Made by a program: the position numbers and the translations under genes. The notes below the pieces were generated by a model. It saw only the letters and a list, made by a program, of their open reading frames with translations. It was not told where the DNA came from and ran no database searches. Below are positions 1 through 8,493 of a stretch of DNA of 41,954 bases, one piece after another. Source of the DNA: a virus (taxonomy: Duplodnaviria; Caudoviricetes); the IMG/VR virus record IMGVR_UViG_3300032373_000038, positions 1 through 41,954 of that record. One strand, 5' to 3'. The stretch's first letter is position 1. The number at the start of each line of letters is the position of its first letter.

Positions 1-45
1 GTTAATATTTGCGCCCTCTTCGGTAGTCTCATTTACCAAGTGCCT

Positions 46-122
46 CGGGGCGTAGCGCAGCCTGGTAGCGCACCTGCATGGGGTGCAGGTGGTCGCAGGT
101 TCAAATCCTGCCGTCCCGACCA
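46..122 (+). tRNA. tRNA-Pro(GGG), intact copy at the left att site
   Basis: Cloverleaf: acceptor CGGGGCG/CGTCCCG, D arm GCGC/GCGC, anticodon stem CCTGC/GCAGG with loop AT-GGG-GT, T arm GCAGG-TTCAAAT-CCTGC, encoded CCA at 120-122. Confidence 0.97.
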
Positions 123-127
123 AATTT
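75..127 (+). repeat. att core, left copy (3' part of tRNA-Pro)
   Basis: TGCATGGGGTGCAGG...CCCGACCAAATTT is identical to 41828-41880. Confidence 0.96.
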
Positions 128-142
128 TGTAGCTTAAGATCA

Positions 143-177
143 GGCAGTTATCACTTTTGGTGGTAGCTGCTTTTTTC
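143..177 (+). terminator. Intrinsic terminator after the tRNA (phage-supplied)
   Basis: Stem GGCAGTTATCAC/GTGGTAGCTGCT with G-U pairs, followed by a T run. Confidence 0.75.
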
Positions 178-190
178 GTTATATACCCGA

Positions 191-212
191 TTTCCGACAG
201 GTCTTCCGACAG
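191..212 (+). promoter_or_regulatory. Putative integrase arm-type binding sites
   Basis: TTCCGACAG at 192-200 and 204-212; same motif near the right end (TTTCCGACG at 41726-41734, inverted TTGTCGGAAA at 41780-41789). Confidence 0.65.
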
Positions 213-218
213 AATTCA

Positions 219-1247
219 CTATTTGGTCGGCGTAACCGTTGGCTTTTTCCTGTCATAAATAGCGGTTTGATCGGCTGATCGATGGCCGCCAGCCAATTGC
301 TTTCCTGTCTCAGTGTCGGACACACCCTTGGCTTTCAGGTCGTGGAAATTGAAGGGCTCGATACCTGCCGCTTTCATTTTCTTCTTATGTCGCTGCCAGG
401 CACTATTAAAGGCGGTGATCGTGATTGGTTGCCCATGCCGGTCGTGAATAATGTAAATGCTCGATATTTGAGAGGGCAGGTCGCCGGCCATGTCAATAGC
501 GGCTTTCAATCGGTCCGACCAGCTAGTTAGAGTGTCACGGCTTCCTTTTAGTCTGAGAGTATCCAATCCATCCTCTAGCACCTGGTCCTTGGTCGCTTTG
601 AGTATTTCCCCTCTACGCATTCGGCACAGGTAAGCAATCTCCATCATAGGCTGAAGATAGGACGGGCCACTGGCTGCCAGAGCATAGGATTTGTTGTATT
701 CGTCGTCCGTCACGTATCGTTTGCGACTACTCTCCTGATTTCTGGAAACCTTGTCACAGGGGTTTTCAACGGCTACGAAGTCTCGCTCAAGTGCCCAATT
801 CCATGCTTTGCTGATTACTGCTTTCTCACGATTGCCAGCAACCGGCGCACCGTCTTCTTCTCGCTTATCGAGATAACGACGTATCACGCCCTTTGTAATG
901 TTCTTCAAGTGAACTTTCCCGAATGTGTCACCGCCTGCCTTTAATGGGTATTTGACAAGGGCATCAATGATTCTGGAGTGCTCCCTGATTGTGTCTTTGG
1001 ATTTTGGCCGTTTGCCAATGAACTCAAACTCTCTGCTATTTTTGTATTCCGTTAGCAGCCAAGCCAAGGTGCTAACGTGATTGGCTTGGAGTTCTTCCCA
1101 TTTTTGCCAGACAGTCGAGATCGGGGCATCAAGCGAGCATAATCGGGTGCATGGCCGCTTCTGGCCTTCGCCCAGGTATGGGCGGTATTCGTATGCCGAT
1201 TTTCCTTTATATGTGCTAGGAGGAAGAGGATTCTTGCCTTTGCTCAT
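219..1247 (-). CDS. int: Phage tyrosine recombinase (integrase)
   Basis: Catalytic pattern R (LCRMRRGE), K (RLKG), HDLKAK, H (GGHRS), Y (IYDR); directly beside att. Confidence 0.93.
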   Translation of the reverse strand: MSKGKNPLPPSTYKGKSAYEYRPYLGEGQKRPCTRLCSLDAPISTVWQKWEELQANHVSTLAWLLTEYKNSREFEFIGKRPKSKDTIREHSRIIDALVKYPLKAGGDTFGKVHLKNITKGVIRRYLDKREEDGAPVAGNREKAVISKAWNWALERDFVAVENPCDKVSRNQESSRKRYVTDDEYNKSYALAASGPSYLQPMMEIAYLCRMRRGEILKATKDQVLEDGLDTLRLKGSRDTLTSWSDRLKAAIDMAGDLPSQISSIYIIHDRHGQPITITAFNSAWQRHKKKMKAAGIEPFNFHDLKAKGVSDTETGKQLAGGHRSADQTAIYDRKKPTVTPTK

Positions 1248-1317
1248 GGTTAATTTCTCATGGTTACATCAAGACAGGGTATTGCTAGTGGTGCTGGATG
1301 TCAGTGGAAATCAGGTA

Positions 1318-1437
1318 TTATTTCTTCACCTTGAAGATAATCTTCACCCATTGAGCTTTCTTGTATTCAATACACCGGCTGTTACAAGTTTGAGCGGGTA
1401 GGCGGCATTCGTTGTATTTTTCACAGTCTTGTTTCAT
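1318..1437 (-). CDS. Small Cys-rich hypothetical protein (39 aa, not in ORF track)
   Basis: MKQDCEKYNECRLPAQTCNSRCIEYKKAQWVKIIFKVKK; AAGGA RBS upstream; fills the HNH-int gap. Confidence 0.5.
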   Translation of the reverse strand: MKQDCEKYNECRLPAQTCNSRCIEYKKAQWVKIIFKVKK

Positions 1438-1467
1438 GAGGCTTCCTTTATTTTATATTCAGTAATG

Positions 1468-2067
1468 CTAGTTAGCTCTGGCCGTTTCACTTGTCTTGGC
1501 TATCAACTTACCTAGCGTTCTGACGACAGGTCTTAATTCAAGATCAAGGCTTGAGCATTGGAGCCTGTTTATCTGAAGGTTCTCGTTGCGAGTAATTAGC
1601 TCTAAGTTATCTGGGTGAATATTCTCTTTATCGCCGTCTTTAAATGCAACGCAATGGCCGCTTGGCACCTCACCATGTTTAGCAGACCAAACTAGGGTGT
1701 GAAGCTGAGCCCAGACTCTTGGTTCCTGGGTCTTTACTTCAATATAGCCATCTTTCGAGACTCGCGTTGACCCAACTGGCATCCAGTTGTGCGGCCTAGC
1801 TCCTTGCTTAAAGCTTGTCTTGTTTGGCTTCATTAATCCCGTGCCAGCGGAACCTGCGTTGTGCGGCTTATGGCCTTTGTGAAAGCATCCTGATCGACCA
1901 GTTAACCAGCCTTTACGCTTTCGTAAAGAGCCAAGGTTTGTTGCTGATACACCGGTGCGATTAAATTTCTTGGAGAACTCGGTGTGTAGCTCTTTACTTG
2001 GGAGCGTCCTGTTATCACTAACCCATTTCATCTCTGCTTCGGAATATTTAATTGGGTGACCTTTCAT
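1468..2067 (-). CDS. HNH endonuclease (HNH_3 type)
   Basis: HTLVW...HGEVPSGHCVAFKDGDKENIHPDNLELITRNENLQIN; N-terminal FxKGxxPxN repeats typical of this phage family. Confidence 0.85.
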   Translation of the reverse strand: MKGHPIKYSEAEMKWVSDNRTLPSKELHTEFSKKFNRTGVSATNLGSLRKRKGWLTGRSGCFHKGHKPHNAGSAGTGLMKPNKTSFKQGARPHNWMPVGSTRVSKDGYIEVKTQEPRVWAQLHTLVWSAKHGEVPSGHCVAFKDGDKENIHPDNLELITRNENLQINRLQCSSLDLELRPVVRTLGKLIAKTSETARAN

Positions 2068-2306
2068 TAGCTTTGTCCTGTTAGCTGTTTTGGCATATCC
2101 CCAGCCTGTAGTCCTTGGTATTCAGCTTTAAGTTTTAAAGCGTTTAATTGAAGTTCTGCGCCACTGACTACTGATTTGGCTACATCAGTGATTGCCTTGG
2201 AGCGATCAATCTCAGATTGCAGGTCTTCGCCTTTTAGGCCTTCATTGTTTAACCTTTCAAGTTGCATGAACAAGTGATCGTTCAAATCAGATAATTTATT
2301 TTTCAT
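2067..2306 (-). CDS. Conserved phage protein coupled to the HNH gene
   Basis: MKNKLSDLNDHLFMQLERL...EIDRSKAI is a type commonly seen just upstream of these HNH genes; stop/start overlap at 2067. Confidence 0.75.
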   Translation of the reverse strand: MKNKLSDLNDHLFMQLERLNNEGLKGEDLQSEIDRSKAITDVAKSVVSGAELQLNALKLKAEYQGLQAGDMPKQLTGQS

Positions 2307-2335
2307 ATTGAATTCCTTACGTTTATTGAGAGAGG

Positions 2336-2521
2336 TTAAAATTTCACCTCTTCCTTCTCAGTGTCGCCACCCATGAGGCGCGAATTAATCGCGGCCTCGG
2401 TTGTGATGGGTTGGCCGTTGTGCAGCTCAAACGGGATCTGCTTCTCTCGTAGAAAAGCGATTACTTTTTTCGTGTGATGCACGCCAAGCCATTCTCTAAG
2501 ATGAACAATATTGATGAGCAT
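2336..2521 (-). CDS. DUF4224-like small protein, probable excisionase/RDF
   Basis: 61 aa, LREWLG...FLREKQIPF...GQPITT winged-helix-like pattern; GAGGTG RBS; upstream of int. Confidence 0.6.
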   Translation of the reverse strand: MLINIVHLREWLGVHHTKKVIAFLREKQIPFELHNGQPITTEAAINSRLMGGDTEKEEVKF

Positions 2522-2553
2522 GATTCACCTCGTGATTAACGGGGGAGGGAGGC

Positions 2554-3411
2554 CTAAGCGGCCCCTAGCTCCTGCTTCTTGGTGTTAAGCTGTTTAATTA
2601 ATTCGCCGCGGTGGATTTCGTTTTTGACAGACCCAATTAACGATTCAGCAAGCTCAACGTCATCAGCTGTTTTGGCATTTTTGATATCGCCAGCTACTGA
2701 TGCATAGGTGGCTGGCAGTGTTACTATTTCTTGATCTGGGCTTGCCTCATCATCTGGAGTGACCGCCTTTTCTTCTTGCTTTAGGTCTTGTGTGGTAACG
2801 CTATAGGCTCCGGTCTCATCCATCTTTGCATCAAATGTTTCATTAATTTGATCGGCTGTTTGTAGACCCATGGATATCTCAGGAGCAACGGTATCCACCA
2901 ACCATGCAGCAGAGCGATACATGAACATTTTTTCGGGCATTGTTTTCCACTTAGAGCCATTTTTACTGTCCCACTTTTCAGCACGAACTAGATCCCATGT
3001 AATCCAAGGGGATTCGACGCGCTCATTAGTTGCCTTTTCCATTGCCCACGCACGACAACCATAATCACGATCACCTGGGTTGCCTTTCCACTCATACCGA
3101 ACAGAAGAGAAGCGACCACATTGGTTAAATGATGCGATTAAAAACTTGGCAGACCATCCAGGTGTTCCATGAACGACATAAAGGTTTTGCATAACCATTA
3201 GTGGATCGGCACCAACACGGTTAGCCATGTTTAGCGCAATCACGCAGTTCGATAAATTATCTCTGTACTGCTGAGGAACTAGCGTTGAGGCGGCTAGCAT
3301 ATTTGCTTGGCGCTGCATTAGCTCAAAGCTAGCGGAAGTGCTGAAGCCAGCGGTAACTACTTCCTGGCTTCCTTGTTGTTGCATTTGGGATAAAGTGACT
3401 TGCTGATCCAT
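2554..3411 (-). CDS. Single-strand annealing recombinase (RecT-like)
   Basis: NCVIALNMANRVGADPLMVMQNLYVVHGTPGWS and WKTMPEKMFMYRSA motifs; paired with an exonuclease. Confidence 0.75.
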   Translation of the reverse strand: MDQQVTLSQMQQQGSQEVVTAGFSTSASFELMQRQANMLAASTLVPQQYRDNLSNCVIALNMANRVGADPLMVMQNLYVVHGTPGWSAKFLIASFNQCGRFSSVRYEWKGNPGDRDYGCRAWAMEKATNERVESPWITWDLVRAEKWDSKNGSKWKTMPEKMFMYRSAAWLVDTVAPEISMGLQTADQINETFDAKMDETGAYSVTTQDLKQEEKAVTPDDEASPDQEIVTLPATYASVAGDIKNAKTADDVELAESLIGSVKNEIHRGELIKQLNTKKQELGAA

Positions 3412-3422
3412 GGGTTAAGTCC

Positions 3423-4229
3423 TTATTTTCGAAAGTTGCAGGTGGTGTACCGCGGGCAATAGCGTTCGTGGCACATCATTGATTTTGGATTGCCGTAGAA
3501 GCTGCCTGAGTGAATTAGCTTTGATGCTTGAGAGAGAATTCCTGTATTGCTAGCATCACCAAGTAATACGGCTCTTGAGCCCGTGATCTCCCCAGAGCCA
3601 ATACGCTGAGAGGCGGGTGTTTTTGCTGTGTTAAGCCCGACGATTTCACCAGGTGCGGTAATGGGTAAGCCGCCGCCATATTCAGCAAGCAATTCATAAA
3701 CACCGATTTGGTAGGCATGGCCCTTGGTATTGACGTGGCCGTCTTTGGCAACAGCTTGCTTGCCTGTTTTAATATCAACAATGCCGTAGCCTCCATTGGT
3801 CTTGCGTATCCGGTCAGTTGTGCCGGTGAGCGCTAAACCAACATCAGTAATTTCGAGTCGATCACATTGCACTTCCACGGCCACATAGTTTTGAGTTGGT
3901 GCCACTTGCTCGCAGTATTTGCGGTGAAGAGATAGGGCTATTTTTTCAACGTCAGCAGGCTTGTCATCATCCCAAGAAACTTCTTCATCTGGGTTGGATA
4001 TGGTGTCTACTGCAGCACCTGCAGCTTCTTGGATAGTGATGCCTGAACCATCCAAGACCGCTTGGTCATATGCAGCCGTTGAGGCGTGCACCGCTCGACC
4101 AAGTTGAGCCTTACCGTTTGATGGTGTGTGCATCTTTAGAATGTGCTTTGATTCCCATCTAGCGGGGCAGTCGAATAATTCACCTAAGGAGCTTGCTCGA
4201 ATGGTGGTTAGCTTAATTGTTGTTTGCAT
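3423..4229 (-). CDS. PD-(D/E)XK exonuclease (RecB/Cas4-like, probable Fe-S)
   Basis: IRASSL...DCPARW, GTTD, IVDIKTG, QIGVY, C-terminal C-x4-C-x5-C. Confidence 0.85.
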   Translation of the reverse strand: MQTTIKLTTIRASSLGELFDCPARWESKHILKMHTPSNGKAQLGRAVHASTAAYDQAVLDGSGITIQEAAGAAVDTISNPDEEVSWDDDKPADVEKIALSLHRKYCEQVAPTQNYVAVEVQCDRLEITDVGLALTGTTDRIRKTNGGYGIVDIKTGKQAVAKDGHVNTKGHAYQIGVYELLAEYGGGLPITAPGEIVGLNTAKTPASQRIGSGEITGSRAVLLGDASNTGILSQASKLIHSGSFYGNPKSMMCHERYCPRYTTCNFRK

Positions 4230-4240
4230 GGGTTATTCCT

Positions 4241-5344
4241 CTAAGAGGCTTCTTCATCAACAACAAGATCCAGTACCTGGCTTCTCATTGTGCGTAGACG
4301 GTTATTAAGGCTTACAGTTAGCGCCATAAGCTCTTTGTCATTTACCTCAGGAATTGAATCGATTAACTTTTGAAGATCATTGCAAGCCCACACGCGAAGC
4401 TTTTCCTTTTCTGGCCAAGCAGCTTTCAGACGCTCTTGTTCGGCCTGTTTTGCTGCAAACTCTTCAGCTTCCCGCTTTTGGTGTTCGGCTAACTCACGAC
4501 CTGCTTTTTCCTTGGCTGCTTGCTCCATTTGGATACGATGGGCTTCTTCGTCTTTTTCTTTCTGGATGCGGGCGGCTTCAGCCTCAACTTCACGGCGCTG
4601 GCGGTCAATTTCTTCCTGCTCGGCTTTGGCCTTGGCATCCTGTTCTTCTTGTTGTTTACGAAGTTCGGCTTGTTGTTCTGCATGGATGCGGTCACGCTCT
4701 GCCTGTTCAGCTCTTAGCTTGGCTAATTCTGCTTGCTCAGCTTCGTATTGGCGGCGGGCTTCGAATGTGGTGGTGATGGCGTGAATAGTGGCAGCCTTGG
4801 CACGCTCGGCTTCGGGCTGGAATTCAACAAAGGAGCCATCAATAACTATTTCGGTAACCGCCTCCAGTCGTCTTGCCATGTCGTCGGCAGTCTCTCCGGA
4901 GAAGAAAGTAGCGGCATCACGCATATCAGAGATTCGCGCTTGAATAGAGCTAATACGCTCATGTTCAATACGAGCCTCTTCGGCTTTACGAATGGCCTCG
5001 GCTTCTTCCCATTCAGTAAGAGGAAGACGTACTTCGTCACGAATCGCATCAAGCGAGTCGCGCATCTTTTTGCGAGCGCCATCAACCACCTTAATTTCCG
5101 CTTTCTTTCCCGCAACCAAGGCCTTGCCCGCGTCATCAAGCGCAGTCTTGGAACGCGCTACCTTAAAGGCGCGAGCCTTTACTTCAGCACGACCCTTAGC
5201 TGTTGAAATATCCGGCGCAATACCAAGCACCTCATCCTTAACGGCTTGGATAATCGGGTCGATCCCCTCGCCTGTAAATACCTGGACGGCGTTAATGTCA
5301 TCGACACAGGCAAGTGTTTTCTCGTTACTCATAATGTTCTCCAA
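4241..5344 (-). CDS. Long coiled-coil phage protein (type often mislabelled TolA-like)
   Basis: PDISTAKGRAEVKARAFKVARSKTALDDAGK...LRDEVRxPLTEWE-type motif, then E/A/K/R-rich coil. Confidence 0.75.
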   Translation of the reverse strand: MENIMSNEKTLACVDDINAVQVFTGEGIDPIIQAVKDEVLGIAPDISTAKGRAEVKARAFKVARSKTALDDAGKALVAGKKAEIKVVDGARKKMRDSLDAIRDEVRLPLTEWEEAEAIRKAEEARIEHERISSIQARISDMRDAATFFSGETADDMARRLEAVTEIVIDGSFVEFQPEAERAKAATIHAITTTFEARRQYEAEQAELAKLRAEQAERDRIHAEQQAELRKQQEEQDAKAKAEQEEIDRQRREVEAEAARIQKEKDEEAHRIQMEQAAKEKAGRELAEHQKREAEEFAAKQAEQERLKAAWPEKEKLRVWACNDLQKLIDSIPEVNDKELMALTVSLNNRLRTMRSQVLDLVVDEEAS

Positions 5345-5347
5345 TGA

Positions 5348-5641
5348 TTAATTACTGGTTTCAAGGCCTTCTTGCTTCACTAATAGCGAAGGCACAGCAG
5401 GGCAGTTCTCGTAGACATCGCACCCACTGCATTGCCCACGACTACAGAGATCATCAACACGAACAGCGGCGTAAAAGGTGCGCTGAAGATCAGCAATAAG
5501 CGTCTCTGTTCGTTGGGCGTGGTAATGGGCCTCAGGCAATGCGTTACGCCCCAGTGCTGCGGCTGCGGCCTTTGATTCTCTGGCCGCCTCACTCATTACC
5601 ATATCGATGCGAGCCGATTGATTAATGCCAATATTTGTCAT
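5348..5641 (-). CDS. Hypothetical protein with C-terminal Cys cluster
   Basis: In the PL operon with GGAGG RBS; CSRGQCSGCDVYENC. Confidence 0.6.
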   Translation of the reverse strand: MTNIGINQSARIDMVMSEAARESKAAAAALGRNALPEAHYHAQRTETLIADLQRTFYAAVRVDDLCSRGQCSGCDVYENCPAVPSLLVKQEGLETSN

Positions 5642-6078
5642 TACGACGCCCTCCTTATTTCGTCCGCTTCCATCAGTCTTGTTTCGTGAATCTCACGCGC
5701 TGCTTTGTTCATGTCTTCTTGAATGCCCAATGAATCGTGCTCGCGCTCTTGCCACGAGAGCAGTTGAGCAAATACAGTCATCACCTCTTCCATTCGAAAT
5801 TGCTGCATCATTCCCACAATTCGATCACTGCCACTGATTAAGTCAGCAAATATCTCGTGTGCCTCATCAGCGGGCAGGCTGGCCCACTTGGCAAAACACA
5901 AGCCGTCTTGCTCTGGCAAAGGCAGCTTTTCCAGGCGCGGGCTAGAGCGAAGAGCATCAGTCAGCATCTGGTCGTAGATCCGCCCTCTTTCGTTGAGAGT
6001 GGTGACGGCTATCAAGACACCCTCATCACTGACGCAGCCCGTCAGAGCAAGCAGCGCTTTTGTAGTTTCGTTTTGCAT
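5641..6078 (-). CDS. First gene of the PL operon, hypothetical (start revised to ATG 6078)
   Basis: AAGGA RBS before ATG 6078; the longer ORF-track start would lie inside PL. Confidence 0.7.
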   Translation of the reverse strand: MQNETTKALLALTGCVSDEGVLIAVTTLNERGRIYDQMLTDALRSSPRLEKLPLPEQDGLCFAKWASLPADEAHEIFADLISGSDRIVGMMQQFRMEEVMTVFAQLLSWQEREHDSLGIQEDMNKAAREIHETRLMEADEIRRAS

Positions 6079-6115
6079 GATGACGTCCTTTGTTTGTTGT
6101 GATGGCTTGATTGAA

Positions 6116-6157
6116 ATATTAGCCCCGCTAATGACATTAGTCAATAGCCAAGCTAAT
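6116..6157 (-). promoter_or_regulatory. PL promoter with two operators (OL)
   Basis: Minus strand TTGACT-17 bp-TAATAT; operators ATTAG-CCCCG-CTAAT (6118-6132) and AATAG-CCAAG-CTAAT (6143-6157). Confidence 0.85.
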
Positions 6158-6211
6158 AATTAAATTATTTATTATCAGGTACAATGGGAAAAACAAACAA
6201 GGAGGGTTGAG

Positions 6212-6817
6212 GTGAGCAAATTAGTAAAATGCAAAGAGTGTGGCAACGAGGTCAGTAAAAAAGCTGACGCATGCCCTAAATGCGGCGCAAAAAGGCGGAA
6301 AACATCCCGTGTAACCTGGTTAGTTCTTATTCTGTTGGTGCTGATTGTTGTGGCTGGCGTGAGCGCACCGCCGCCAGTGCAAAAAACAGCGGCAGAAATT
6401 GAAGCAACTAAGAAAGAAAGGGTGGCGACCCTCCTGTCAGAGCTGAAAAATATCCCTGCATCGGAATTCAGCGAAAATCTAACCCGCTACAAAGAGCTTC
6501 AAGCACTAGACCCCTCTAACGAAAAATATTCTAAAAAGATTGCCTTCTATGAGGTCAAAGAAGCTCGAAAACAAAGGGTGGAAAGTCAATTCTCCCCGTG
6601 GAATGGGTCTCATCGCAGTTTAGAGCGACTCATTAAGGAAAGCATGAAAGACCCTGATAGCTACGAGCATGCCAGAACTAGGTTTTCTGATAATGGAGAT
6701 CACTTAGTAGTTGCTACGAGCTACCGTGGGAAAAATTCCTTCGGTGCGGTTGTTATTGGGTCAATGACTGCAAAGGTTGATCTGGATGGTTATATATTAG
6801 AAATTCTTGAAAAGTAG
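6212..6817 (+). CDS. Zinc-ribbon, single-TM membrane protein
   Basis: CKEC...CPKC, hydrophobic helix, C-terminal MKDPDSY...YRGKNSFGA domain; AAGGAGG RBS. Confidence 0.8.
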   Translation: MSKLVKCKECGNEVSKKADACPKCGAKRRKTSRVTWLVLILLVLIVVAGVSAPPPVQKTAAEIEATKKERVATLLSELKNIPASEFSENLTRYKELQALDPSNEKYSKKIAFYEVKEARKQRVESQFSPWNGSHRSLERLIKESMKDPDSYEHARTRFSDNGDHLVVATSYRGKNSFGAVVIGSMTAKVDLDGYILEILEK

Positions 6818-6841
6818 ATGTAAACAAGGAGGGTTATTTAG

Positions 6842-7801
6842 GTGAGGTATTTAGTTGTTGTGTTGGCGTTGATGTTGGGCGGGTGTCAGACCGCGGGGCC
6901 CGTTAAACACCTAGGCGATAGTGCAGTCAATAGTGGCGAATGTGGGTTTGCTGACATAACGGGCGACACCTATAGACTTGCAGACAAGAGCAAGCAATAC
7001 GTCACTCTCTTCTTTTTTTACGATCCCACTAAAGAAAAGATTTGGCAGCGGGAAATATCGGCATATTCAGCCTTAGTTTCAGGTGGGTTCAAAGTAGTAA
7101 AAACAGGCCTTGTTACCGCCGAAGACAAAGGCGCTCAGAGGCCATTTTTAGCCAAATACAGGTACAAGCAAGAAGAGTTTAACGGGGATTTGCTCAAGAG
7201 AGATAAGGCGTTTTCTACCAAAGTAGTGACTCAGGGCTGTGACATATATTACCTGTACGGCGGTACTGCGAAAAAATCGCTAATGAGCAGTATAACGAAA
7301 GAAAACGGGGCTAGTCTCACGGACAATGATGCGTTAGCGTTATTTGGCAAAGAATCGGTTTCTGAGCTAAATATTGACTCAAAGGTGGAGTATGATCGCT
7401 TTGAGAAGGTATATAAGGTTACCACTCCGCGACATAAGAGCATGCTTCTTCGAGGGAGTGTTGTCGAATCCACAAGAGAGGTTTCATACATTCAGTTATA
7501 TGCCGACGTGACATTTCTTGAAAAGTGGGGTTTTGTTAAAAACGCTGTCGACACAGATGGAAATTATCATAAGGTAACCAAGATTGGCTCAGATACCGAC
7601 TGCTCATCCAAAGTGCTTGGCTGTGTTTTGACAGAAACAATCGGGGTGTCGCTCTCGCGCCAATTCCTAGAGGAAAAGAAAACCAAAGGCTTTGAAATCA
7701 AGGTTTACGGAGCACGGGAGGCAATCCTTAATATTCCATCCAAGCTTATTTTGTCTTTTTTGGCTGGCCTTGATGAGGGGAAGAGCAAGACAAAAGAATA
7801 A
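6842..7801 (+). CDS. Lipoprotein of unknown function
   Basis: Signal peptide with lipobox LGG-C; AAGGAGG RBS. Confidence 0.8.
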   Translation: MRYLVVVLALMLGGCQTAGPVKHLGDSAVNSGECGFADITGDTYRLADKSKQYVTLFFFYDPTKEKIWQREISAYSALVSGGFKVVKTGLVTAEDKGAQRPFLAKYRYKQEEFNGDLLKRDKAFSTKVVTQGCDIYYLYGGTAKKSLMSSITKENGASLTDNDALALFGKESVSELNIDSKVEYDRFEKVYKVTTPRHKSMLLRGSVVESTREVSYIQLYADVTFLEKWGFVKNAVDTDGNYHKVTKIGSDTDCSSKVLGCVLTETIGVSLSRQFLEEKKTKGFEIKVYGAREAILNIPSKLILSFLAGLDEGKSKTKE

Positions 7802-8046
7802 GCGGCGAATTAGTGGCTCGATTGGGGCTTGATTGCGTGACCAAGTATTTAAAAGAAGCTGCGGTGTCGCTGCAACATAGCCTGTAGTAGTTAGCTCTTT
7901 TCACAGCACTCAACCTTTAGTTGCACCAATACACCAGCCTTTAACTTATCCCTGAAGGCTGGCGTATCTGCAAACTCTTCATCAATAAGGAAATAGAAGC
8001 TCTTCAGGCAAAAGAAGGGCAACAAAACACAACCCAAGGACGGGAC

Positions 8047-8277
8047 ATGCTCAATTTCAAACGCCGAGCCGGCGAATCATTTTATATCTACCCCAACAAA
8101 GGCCTTCCTCCCGGCATGACTGTCGAGGAGCTGTTTAACGAAGACCTTATTGAGGTAGTTATCGTTGACCAGAGTAGCAATCAGACGAAGGTTGGCGTTA
8201 AAGCGCCCAAGGGGCTTGTTATTGTTAGAGGTGAGCTGGTGCGTGCGGAGCGCTTAGCGGGCGATGATGGCTCTTGA
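8047..8277 (+). CDS. csrA: CsrA/RsmA-family RNA-binding protein with RsmN/RsmF-like insertion
   Basis: MLNFKRRAGESFYI...NQTKVGVKAPKGLVIVRGEL aligns with CsrA MLILTRRVGETLMI...[20 protein letters not shown]; Arg44 equivalent kept; about 17-aa insert between beta2 and beta3. Confidence 0.85.
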   Translation: MLNFKRRAGESFYIYPNKGLPPGMTVEELFNEDLIEVVIVDQSSNQTKVGVKAPKGLVIVRGELVRAERLAGDDGS

Positions 8278-8493
8278 GTTGCGCTGTTAATAAGATGTTC
8301 AATACGATCCTTAAGCGCCGCTTCATCGGGCTCTACTTCGATCTTGGTTGGAAATTGAATAATTTTTTGGCTGTCCATGCATTCCCCAAAAAGCACAAAT
8401 CCTGGCATTGCCAGTTTTATTATTTGTGCGTGCTTTTGGTAGGACGCTGTATGATTCGCGCTGCTGGTAGGGCGAGCACCGAATATACCGTGA

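Noticed and set aside
219-1247. Integrase as an integron integrase, or inactive because of HxxK
   Set aside because: It sits at att, is far from the array and shows no IntI-type insertion by eye; HDLKAK is a normal variant in this phage integrase group.
3423-4229. CRISPR-associated Cas4
   Set aside because: No cas1/cas2 or array; it is paired with an SSAP as a phage recombination exonuclease.
4241-5344. Genuine TolA
   Set aside because: No TM anchor or TolA C-terminal domain; the resemblance is compositional.
4354-5351. Several plus-strand ORFs opposite the coiled-coil gene
   Set aside because: Shadow frames of a low-complexity gene, with no RBS or family signal.
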